Shown: in pieces, positions 1-6,643 of the stretch
How positions within the stretch are numbered: position 1 is the first letter of the stretch
Layout of the letters: every line of letters begins with the position of its first letter
Source: a bacterium
GTDB taxonomy: Bacteria > SZUA-182 > DTGQ01 > JAFGSM01
DNA: 13,722 nucleotides
Assembly: GCA_049472335.1 (NCBI GenBank)
Contig: JBLIRO010000061.1
Span: 1-13,722 of the forward strand
Reading direction: 5' to 3'
Program-made: the position numbers and the translations under genes
Notes under the pieces: generated by a model
What the model was told of the DNA's origin: nothing
The model's database searches: none
The model's input: the letters and a program-made list of their open reading frames with translations, nothing else

Positions 1-677
1 AAAATCGGAGAGATCACCGAGCCTTGGAGTACTCCTGTTTCATTGCAAGTCCTTTTCCCTTCTTCCAGTACCCCTACTTTAAGCCATTTCCCTATAAGAT
101 GTAGTATCGTTCGATCCACTATCCGCTCCCTTATCATCCGCATTAGCCAACGATGATCGATATTGTCAAAGAAGCCTCTTATGTCTACATCCAATAGGTA
201 GTTTACCCCTTTCTTGATGATAATAAGCTCTAGCGCCTTTAGTGCTTCATGCGCATTGCGGTTTTCCCGAAATCCATAGGAGGAATCTATAAAGCCCTGT
301 TCATATATGGCACTTAATATCTTAACGGCAGCCTTCTGAACGATCTTATCCTCCAGGACCAAAATCCCTAAAGGACGTTGCCCTCCCTCCGGTTTGGGTA
401 ACCATGCCCTTCGGATGTCTGTAGCTCTATATCGCTTGGTCTTCAGCCGCTTCACCAAATCCGCTATATTCTCTCCCAGATTCTCACCATAAGCTTTATA
501 GTCGACATGGTCAATTCCCGCTGCGGCTTTCGGGTTTAGCTCCCGATATGCCTCCCTGAGAGCCTCTTCATCCAATTGGTGTGCCAATGAGGTAAACTTG
601 AGTGTTGGATTCTGCCTTGCCAGCTCTGATAGCCGATTCAGTTTCGTTGACAACTTACTTTCAGGTTCTGTGCCCAT
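1..677 (-). CDS. ltrA: Group II intron reverse transcriptase/maturase (N-terminal ~225 aa, truncated by the window edge)
   Basis: Hand translation (not in the ORF track): MGTEPESKLSTKLNRLSELARQNPTLKFTSLAH...AAGID...WLPKPEGGQRPLGILVLEDKIVQ...IYEQGFIDSSYGFR...DVDIRGFFDNIDH...GVLQGSVISPI, i.e. RT0-RT4 motifs. Alternative TTG start at 653. Confidence 0.95.
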   Translation of the reverse strand, partial: MGTEPESKLSTKLNRLSELARQNPTLKFTSLAHQLDEEALREAYRELNPKAAAGIDHVDYKAYGENLGENIADLVKRLKTKRYRATDIRRAWLPKPEGGQRPLGILVLEDKIVQKAAVKILSAIYEQGFIDSSYGFRENRNAHEALKALELIIIKKGVNYLLDVDIRGFFDNIDHRWLMRMIRERIVDRTILHLIGKWLKVGVLEEGKRTCNETGVLQGSVISPI

Positions 678-1287
678 TCGCTGTTTCCCCTCATCGATAC
701 ATCCATTTGTCAACCCCTTCTCTCCACCGGCATTGCCCGGCTTCATCAGTACTATGAGTTGATCCGACTACCTATGCCCCATCCCTTGGCCTCGTTTCCT
801 CGGCTTCAGGCACCCTCTTCCCCTGATTCGCCTCTACTGCATAGAAGCGGTTTGTTCTTCGCCCTGATGCACGCACCGCTTCCTGCGTCCTCAGGCTGGG
901 TTTTGATCAGCGGGTCCCCGTAAACCTGCAATCACTATACAGGATGCTGACCAGATTTGAAGGAAGGCATAGGTTCTCCCAGGTTCCTGTACGATCCTTT
1001 GAACAGCATGCCGTGGCCTGTGACCCCGGTGGAGTATCCGCCATCTCGCTTATAACGATGGCTTCGTTGATGTCTTCCGTCTTCCTAAAACGTCGACTTG
1101 CTCCACTCCAAAAGCATTTTCGGAGTTGTTTCACCTTCACCCTTAAGGATTACGGCCTACTGCCTCCCTGTCTACGCTTCACCTATGTGATTGCCTATAT
1201 CGATGCAAGACTCGCATCATGCGGTCGGCTAACTTTGTCAGGCCGGCTTTTCAACCAACTGGATCGTACAAGCTTTGCCTGGCGCAC
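1..1287 (-). mobile_element. Group II intron (IIB-like), 5' portion; the 3' end lies beyond the window
   Basis: The minus strand starts with canonical GTGCG at 1287 and composition becomes AT-rich at 1288. A perfect 10-bp domain I basal stem pairs 1261-1270 with 988-997. The DII stem is CCTATGCC/GGCATAGG (966-973, 771-778) and a DIII-like segment lies at ~708-768. The EBS1-like loop TAAG (1049-1052) is complementary to the exon end CTTA (1288-1291). An RT ORF follows. Confidence 0.93.
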
Positions 1288-1500
1288 TAAGAATTTGCTT
1301 TATCTATACAAAAGTATATTCAGGATTTCCAATTTTGTCAAAACAAATATTCAAGAAATATATATCTGATTCTGATTCTGATTCTGATACCAGGACATTG
1401 CTTTATCTGGATAAAAGTATATACAGAATTTCTGATTCTGATAGGACCAGGACATTGCTCTGATAGTCTGATTCTGATAGGATCTCTGATTTAAGAATTT
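1288..1500. repeat. Composite repeat patch: 10 TCTGAT hexamers plus longer imperfect direct repeats
   Basis: TCTGAT occurs x4 at 1365-1388, x2 at 1431-1442, at 1459, x2 at 1467-1478 and at 1485. TTGCTTTATCT...AAAAGTATAT..AG.ATTT occurs at ~1295-1328 and ~1398-1431. ACCAGGACATTGCT occurs at 1389-1402 and 1446-1459. TAAGAATTT occurs at 1288-1296 and 1492-1500. Confidence 0.9.
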
Positions 1501-1502
1501 TT

Positions 1503-1931
1503 ATGATTGCTATTATCATTGCAACAACTTGTCTTCTGCTTTCTTTTAAAATAGCACCGGCTAATGAATCTAATCTATGTATAATTCCATCATGGTATTG
1601 GCTTTCCATATCTTCCTTCAATATGCCAGCCCCTTTATTACTCATATACTTGGATTCATTATGCCGTGAACCCTATAATCTATACTTTAATAGTATCAGT
1701 TTAAATCATCTTTTAGGATGTTTTCCATATACCCCTTTTATAAACACATTAAATTCCGGATTATACAACCTGCTTGGTATTCCTACATATCCCAATCCAG
1801 GATCAGGGTATAAAACCACGTTACCTTATACTACGTTACTTGGCACAATAATCCCATATTCACGTTTTGATTATCCTTCTTATGTTTACGGATCACCCGA
1901 TTTTTACATGAATTGGGTCTTGTTACAATGA
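1503..1931 (+). CDS. Hypothetical secreted Tyr/Pro-rich protein (paralog 1)
   Basis: Hydrophobic N-terminus ending in A-P-A. It aligns along its length with 1978-2427, and the last 25 aa are 21/25 identical. The start codon is uncertain. Confidence 0.8.
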   Translation: MIAIIIATTCLLLSFKIAPANESNLCIIPSWYWLSISSFNMPAPLLLIYLDSLCREPYNLYFNSISLNHLLGCFPYTPFINTLNSGLYNLLGIPTYPNPGSGYKTTLPYTTLLGTIIPYSRFDYPSYVYGSPDFYMNWVLLQ

Positions 1932-1977
1932 GATAAAAGATTTTCTGCTAATATCTTTATATAAAGGAAATATCGTT

Positions 1978-2427
1978 ATGAATCATTGGGGAGTTTTAAA
2001 AGGCGTATTCGTTGTTTTTTTCTTTTTAATCGTTATGGCTCTGATATCAAGTCCTATAGCCAATTCCCAATATTGCCCATTTCTGGATTATTATTTTTAC
2101 CATTTGTTGTCATCAGGCGAGTATCCTGCATCCTTGCTTTGGATCCATGCATTTCAGATTTGTTCATATTATTTTGATCCTTATGGTTTTTTTAATCCTA
2201 TTGATCAAAATTTATTGGGCCATCTACACTATTCTCCATTTTTAACTTACACTGAATCAGCTCTATATCCCTCCGGAACTACTTTCCCATATTTCGGTTC
2301 CCAATATATGACCACATTTCCGTATACTACTCTTCCGAAGGCTATGGTCCCATATACGCGTTTTGATTATCCTGCTTATGTTTACGGATCACCCGATTTT
2401 TATCTGAGTTGGGTCTTATTACAGTAA
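1978..2427 (+). CDS. Hypothetical secreted Tyr/Pro-rich protein (paralog 2)
   Basis: AAGGA upstream of the ATG, a signal-peptide-like N-terminus (…PIANS/QYCP), and the same C-terminal PYxRFDYPxYVYGSPDFYxxWVLLQ motif. Confidence 0.85.
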   Translation: MNHWGVLKGVFVVFFFLIVMALISSPIANSQYCPFLDYYFYHLLSSGEYPASLLWIHAFQICSYYFDPYGFFNPIDQNLLGHLHYSPFLTYTESALYPSGTTFPYFGSQYMTTFPYTTLPKAMVPYTRFDYPAYVYGSPDFYLSWVLLQ

Positions 2428-2563
2428 TAAGAAGATTTAAGTCCAAGAAACCTAAATCACATCAATTGACCTGCCATTTCCATCCCTTCATCTTTAAAGA
2501 AGAAAAGACTATTTGCCGTATAACTTCCAAAAAGATATAAGATGATTAAAAAGAAAGCAATAA

Positions 2564-2799
2564 GTTTATTTTAATCATTATATGGGAAAGACCTATATAA
2601 AAATGAATCGATATAACGAGGCAGAAGGATATATAAGAAGGGAAGAGATGGAAAATGGATCGTCACTGCATCAAAAGACAAGACCCTGCGCATCTGGCCC
2701 GGCAACTCCCTGGAGGTGCTTAGACTTATAAATGAAGTCAGGATTTGGGGAAAAGTACGGGGATTAACGGAAAATGAGAAGAAAGAATATAATCTGTAA
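2564..2799 (+). pseudogene. Chimeric remnant: TPR-like fragment joined out of frame to the last WD40 repeat and C-terminus of a WD40 protein
   Basis: 2647-2799 reads DGKWIVTASKDKTLRIWPGNSLEVLRLINEVRIWGKVRGLTENEKKEYNL* with no start codon ahead of the repeat (stop at 2614). 2564-2640 in another frame reads VYFNHYMGKTYIKMNRYNEAEGYIRR (TPR-like). Confidence 0.7.
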
Positions 2800-2876
2800 A
2801 AGGCAGCAAATTTAAATAAACGGCATATTTAATTTCCTAAACCACAAATGTTATTGGATTAATAATAGTTAGATAA

Positions 2877-3107
2877 TTAATAGGTAAAGCTCCAATAGGG
2901 AAAATTTGGCCGGTACCAATATGGCTGTGAGAAAAAAGGCCAGAATTCTTCTCCTGAATAAAGGGTCTTTATCAATGTCTGCTTATAGAAATTTGATTGA
3001 TTGTAGTAAAGGTTTTGTTTTTGTTGTTCGAGGTAAGTAGGTAATAGTGACGATTTACATTGAAAATCATAAGGTTAAAGGCAGGGAAGGTTCCTGGATG
3101 GAGTCTG
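2877..3107 (-). pseudogene. Possible 3' remnant of an aromatic/Pro-rich protein
   Basis: A 65-codon stop-free frame at 3074-2880 reads PYDFQCKSSLLPTYLEQQKQNLYYNQSNFYKQTLIKTLYSGEEFWPFFSQPYWYRPNFPYWSFTY*, with no proper start. The call rests on composition only. Confidence 0.35.
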
Positions 3108-4100
3108 CAATACGGGCCGTGGATTCTTTTCAGGCCACATGACGGTTACTTCCTGCGTATGGTCTCGGAGAGCTTTTCCCTGAACAGGGAGCAGAGGGAC
3201 TATTACATGCGCATGCAGAGCCATCCTGGGAGGCGGGTTTTGGTAAGGACACCCCACTTCCCTGAAGCCTTTATAGTGGAGCTGCCTGAACTAAGGTTTG
3301 ATGATATTGCGGACAAATCAGAAATTAGAAAGAGAGAAGAAGAGACTAGAAGGTGGCTGGATTCGGTGCGCATCTGCCATGAAGGCAATGCCTCATTTGC
3401 TGATACACAGGCCAGTGAGACAACACCAGAGGAGCAGAAGGAACCAATACAGTCACCTTTCCCGATAACGAAGCGATGCCTTGATTATCTGGTCAACATC
3501 AATGACGACACCTTCCGCCCCTCAACAAAAAGGGACAAGAAACTGAGAATCTCCCAATGGATGGGCAACAAGATAAGGCAGGAGCTTGCAGACCAGGGAT
3601 TAATCAGTCTCCACAGGGTTAGCACAGGCATCAAAAGGAAAATATTCACCCTGACCGAGATAACCGAGGATGGATATAAGCTGCTTGAAGGCATGCAGGT
3701 CAGGGTGAAAAGGCCAAGGGGCTCTGGAGGTTACATCCACCAGTTCTGGGAGCACACGGTTTACACATGGTGTCTCAGGGCGGGCTTCCCTGCAAAAATT
3801 GAGGACAGGATTTCTGAAAAGAACGTTGATGTTGGGATTCAGTGGAATGAGAAGCGATGCGCAGTCGAAATACTCATAAAAGGCATCGATAAGGAATTGT
3901 CCAACCTGGCAAAGGACATAAGCGAGGGATGGGACCAGATTATTTTCTGCGCAGAGAAAAAGGAAACCATCAAAAAGCTGAAGCAGAAAATAAGAGATCA
4001 TGAGCAGTTCGGGCAAGACATGCTCAACAGCAACAGGGTCGCCTTCATGGAACTGAAATTCTTCGTATTACAGGATAAATCAAAGACCAATGAAACGTAA
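3060..4100 (+). CDS. 5'-truncated mobile-element protein: tail of a HerA/VirB4-like ATPase plus wHTH and PD-(D/E)XK-like domain
   Basis: No Walker A/B motifs. ILFR...MVSESFSLNREQRDY...G..VLV....PEAFIVELP resembles an ATPase C-terminal segment. The C-terminal GSGGYIH..W...IE......VDV.......AVE resembles a restriction-endonuclease-like fold. The TTG start lacks a clear RBS. Confidence 0.6.
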   Translation: MKIIRLKAGKVPGWSLQYGPWILFRPHDGYFLRMVSESFSLNREQRDYYMRMQSHPGRRVLVRTPHFPEAFIVELPELRFDDIADKSEIRKREEETRRWLDSVRICHEGNASFADTQASETTPEEQKEPIQSPFPITKRCLDYLVNINDDTFRPSTKRDKKLRISQWMGNKIRQELADQGLISLHRVSTGIKRKIFTLTEITEDGYKLLEGMQVRVKRPRGSGGYIHQFWEHTVYTWCLRAGFPAKIEDRISEKNVDVGIQWNEKRCAVEILIKGIDKELSNLAKDISEGWDQIIFCAEKKETIKKLKQKIRDHEQFGQDMLNSNRVAFMELKFFVLQDKSKTNET

Positions 4101-4240
4101 GACATAATACATAAAATCATGCGACTTGCGCTATGCAGTTGGTCCCCTATGCGACAACGCAAGACATAAATAGATTTTTGATAGATGTGATAGATTTTTG
4201 TTAAAAATATGTTGAAAGAAAAGGGATTATATAGATTTTG
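4096..4240. repeat. Clustered short direct and inverted repeats (candidate protein-binding/origin region)
   Basis: CGYAAGACATAA at 4096 and 4158; ATGCGAC at 4119 and 4149; ATAGATTTTTG at 4170 and 4190 with partial copies at 4181 and 4231; inverted repeat CTTGCG/CGCAAG at 4125-4130 and 4158-4163. Confidence 0.55.
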
Positions 4241-4290
4241 GGAGAGAAAAGAGATAAATGAATCCAAAAACAAAAACCTAAATTTAAAAA

Positions 4291-4647
4291 ATGAATCACC
4301 CGGACATTGACACAAATTCCCAGAGTGATATCATGACCTCTGAGGAGGTCGCCCATTATCTGCACAAAAGCCTGAGCTGGGTCTATAAAAACTGGCAGAT
4401 ATTAGGCGGTGTTAAGCTCAGAGGTTCCTTGTTTTTTAGTAAGGAGGAACTTTATGAGCGTATCTTTAATCAAAGGAAGGGGATGGCGTTTCAGCTTTTT
4501 CCTCAAAAGAAAAAGGTACACAAGTACCTATTTCAGAACAAAGGCAGAAGCCGTAAAAGCAGAAGCAATGAGAAGGGGGGAGATAGAGAATCCAAAATCA
4601 TTGATAAAGGCCCCAACAGGCATGGGCTTCTTGGAACTGGTAAATAA
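4291..4647 (+). CDS. Excisionase-like HTH DNA-binding protein
   Basis: IMTSEEVAHYLHKSLSWVYKNW fits the HTH_17/Xis-like pattern. It lies directly upstream of, and overlaps, the integrase. Alternative start ATG 4333. Confidence 0.75.
   Translation: MNHPDIDTNSQSDIMTSEEVAHYLHKSLSWVYKNWQILGGVKLRGSLFFSKEELYERIFNQRKGMAFQLFPQKKKVHKYLFQNKGRSRKSRSNEKGGDRESKIIDKGPNRHGLLGTGK
4307..4334 (+). promoter_or_regulatory. Putative sigma70 promoter inside the xis-like gene
   Basis: TTGACA (4307-4312), a 16-nt spacer, and TGn-extended TATCAT (4329-4334). Confidence 0.5.
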
Positions 4648-5584
4648 GAGGCTGGATCATGTGGAGGCATATAAATCATTTTCCTATTACAAGGACAATA
4701 AATATATGGCAAAGAGATGGGTTAGGCTCTGGTCGGGATTTTATTGTGACGAGATATCCGCTGATATGGTTCAGTCCCACATCCTGAAAAGGGCCAGGGT
4801 TTCCGCCTATACTGCGAATGTGGACCTGCGCTGCCTGAGGGCAATGTTTAATTTTGGGATAAAACATGGCTGGGTTTCCAGAAATCCCACAAAAGGTATT
4901 GAGTTTCTTCCTGTTGAAAAAAAGCTCAAATATGTTCCGTCAAAGGAGGATGTTTTAAGAGTGATTCTGGCAGCCGACCCCGATATGCAGGACTACTTAT
5001 GGACAATTAAGGAGACTCTAGGCAGAGTGAGCGAAATCAACAGAATGACATGGGCAGATGTTAATTTTGCGGAAAGGTATGTTGTCCTTTATACCAGAAA
5101 AAAGAAGGGCGGTCATCTTACACCACGCAAAGTGCCTATGACCAGTAAGTTATACCAGGTCCTATCCCATAGGTATAAGCATAGGGACAGGTCAAAACGC
5201 TGGGTGTTCTGGCACCGGTACTGGAGCACGACTCAAAAAGATTGTGTCGAAGGGCCTTACAAAGACAGAAAGCGCATTATGAAGACTTTGTGCAGAAAGG
5301 CCGGAGTAAGATATTTCCGCTATCATGCTCTGAGGCATTTCGGGGCCTCTGTTTTGGACAGAGCCAATGTGGGTTTGGGGGCTATACAACGCATTCTTGG
5401 CCATGAAAACAGGTCCACTACCGAGATTTATTTGCATTCAATCGGAGAGGCAGAGCATGCAGCAATGGCTATTTATGAGCGTGAATGTGAAAAGTTACAC
5501 CCAAAGTCACACCCAGACGAAAATGCAGGGTCACGGCACCATCCGCAACCCATTGATTTAATTAAAGCCGGCGATAGGAATTGA
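4454..5584 (+). CDS. Tyrosine recombinase/phage-type integrase
   Basis: AAGGAGG (4441-4447) precedes ATG 4454, a better start than 4409. The catalytic set is intact: LGRVSEI (R), YHALRH (HxxR), ILGH, TTEIY (Y). There is an N-terminal arm-binding-like segment. Confidence 0.95.
   Translation: MSVSLIKGRGWRFSFFLKRKRYTSTYFRTKAEAVKAEAMRRGEIENPKSLIKAPTGMGFLELVNKRLDHVEAYKSFSYYKDNKYMAKRWVRLWSGFYCDEISADMVQSHILKRARVSAYTANVDLRCLRAMFNFGIKHGWVSRNPTKGIEFLPVEKKLKYVPSKEDVLRVILAADPDMQDYLWTIKETLGRVSEINRMTWADVNFAERYVVLYTRKKKGGHLTPRKVPMTSKLYQVLSHRYKHRDRSKRWVFWHRYWSTTQKDCVEGPYKDRKRIMKTLCRKAGVRYFRYHALRHFGASVLDRANVGLGAIQRILGHENRSTTEIYLHSIGEAEHAAMAIYERECEKLHPKSHPDENAGSRHHPQPIDLIKAGDRN
5491..5558. promoter_or_regulatory. 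Candidate integrase arm-type sites and IHF site
   Basis: Tandem 12-mer AAAGTYACACCC (5491-5502, 5503-5514). Minus-strand AATCAATGGGTTG (5546-5558) matches the IHF consensus WATCAANNNNTTR. Confidence 0.55.
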
Positions 5585-5586
5585 AC
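5566..5586 (-). other. att core: 3' fragment of a tRNA (probably tRNA-Thr), not a complete tRNA
   Basis: Minus strand GTTCAATTCCTATCGCCGGCT = T-loop, 3' T-stem, acceptor strand CGCCGGC and discriminator T. The 5' T-stem strand and the rest of the tRNA are absent. Confidence 0.75.
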
Positions 5587-5797
5587 ATGTATCCTGCTGC
5601 CTTAAATTGCTTCATTTTAAAGGATTTTTAATTTTATATTTTTTTATCTGGCTTGAATGACTTGATTTTACCCGTACTGGAAATAGACTGGAAAAATAAA
5701 CTATTAAGACTATAAATCTGAACCAGTCCCCGATTCTCCGAATTCTCCGATTCTTGCCGCTTCTTCAGAACCGTTCCCGATTTTTCATAATAATCCC

Positions 5798-6244
5798 TTA
5801 TAAATAATCCCTTAAAATCAGAGTCCTTATCTCCTTTATCTTTTCGAGCTTAGCATCATTAGTAAGAAAAGTGTCGGCTCCTATCTCAATCGCCACGCTA
5901 ATTTGGATAGCGTCCATTGTTTTGAGGAAAGGATAGTTCCCTCTCAACTTTCCTGCTTTCTCAGCTATATCTGCTGAAATCTCTACCAGAGTAAGATTTT
6001 TGCCATATCTTAAAAAATCTGTAAATCTTTTTGACAACAATTCCTTCCCTGCTTCAATCGGTTTAGGTAAGACTTCAACAAGAGTTATGACTGAAGTGAA
6101 AGCATTCAACGCTCCTGATTGAAAGGCATCCACAATCTCTTTGGTAAGAGGGCCAAATTGTGGATGAGCTTCAATATAGTAGATTATTGGTGCTGTATCT
6201 ATGAAGATAGTATTAATTTTAGCGATTTCATCTGAAAAGCTCAT
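5798..6244 (-). CDS. vapC: PIN-domain (VapC-type) toxin
   Basis: Acidic tetrad motifs IFIDT, TLVE, MDA and TND. ATGA overlap with the upstream small gene. Confidence 0.93.
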   Translation of the reverse strand: MSFSDEIAKINTIFIDTAPIIYYIEAHPQFGPLTKEIVDAFQSGALNAFTSVITLVEVLPKPIEAGKELLSKRFTDFLRYGKNLTLVEISADIAEKAGKLRGNYPFLKTMDAIQISVAIEIGADTFLTNDAKLEKIKEIRTLILRDYL

Positions 6245-6465
6245 ACTCGCTCTTCCCGTAATTTGTTTACATATTCCTGGGCTTCTTCTCCTTCCCAGAT
6301 CCCTTTTCCCAGCCCATAGAGTTTATTCCAGTCAAAGGTTTTTCTTCCTGCAATACCTGTTTGTCTCAGCTTGTGGATAAGCCTTTCCACCAATTTTAAT
6401 TGCTCTTGAGGAGTAAGCCCTTCGGCATCTTTTTCAATTTTTTCCAAATTAGTCTTTCTTTGCAT
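6241..6465 (-). CDS. Cognate antitoxin of the PIN toxin
   Basis: 74 aa with an AAGGAGG RBS. LTPQEQLKLVERL...LYGLGKGIWEGEEAQEYVNKLREER pattern. Translationally coupled to vapC. Confidence 0.85.
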   Translation of the reverse strand: MQRKTNLEKIEKDAEGLTPQEQLKLVERLIHKLRQTGIAGRKTFDWNKLYGLGKGIWEGEEAQEYVNKLREERV

Positions 6466-6643
6466 TTAAACCTCCTTAACAGTACGATAGAGCAAGGTTA
6501 TGAGTTAATCAAGAATAAAGTTTGAAGTGAAAAGGGTTTCGAGTTTTATCCTTTTATAGGTTATCCTTACCGCTTCATGGTTTTTATCCTTCTTGTTTGC
6601 ATGTGCAAGCAAGCCACGCCCAGGTATCAACAAATATAATCAC
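6466..6643 (-). pseudogene. vapC: Dead, truncated VapC toxin
   Basis: GTG 6643 overlaps the upstream antitoxin stop (GTGA). Removing a 4-bp duplication (CAAG x2 at 6606-6613) gives MIIFVDTWAWLAHANKKDKNHEAVRITYKRIKLETLFTSNFILD*LITLLYR, with TAA (6505-6507) at the expected catalytic Glu. Confidence 0.85.

Larger units (their letters stand above)
3108..5586. mobile_element. Truncated integrative element (tyrosine integrase type, tRNA-targeting)
   Basis: Higher-GC coding block carrying the nuclease-like ORF, xis-like HTH and integrase, bounded on the right by a tRNA 3' fragment. The left boundary is inferred. Confidence 0.7.

Noticed and set aside
907..1369. ORFs 907-1140 and 944-1369
   Set aside because: They overlap structured intron RNA (domains I-II) and are spurious.
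1288..1500. CRISPR array or RT-associated spacer array
   Set aside because: The repeats are irregular in length and spacing, with no constant repeat-unique spacer periodicity and no cas genes.
2015..2027. T7-C-T5 tract in the signal peptide as a phase-variation switch
   Set aside because: Short T runs are expected from Phe/Val/Leu codons in AT-rich DNA.
1813..2427. DGR template/variable repeat pair next to an RT
   Set aside because: Mismatches are not adenine-specific (t/g, g/t, t/c occur) and many are synonymous. Both copies are coding, and the RT sits inside a group II intron.
4409..4453. Integrase start at 4409 as given by the ORF track
   Set aside because: ATG 4454 has a perfect Shine-Dalgarno sequence and begins the arm-binding-like domain.
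5566..5640. Complete tRNA gene
   Set aside because: Only the last 21 nt are tRNA-like; there is no D-arm, anticodon arm or 5' T-stem strand.
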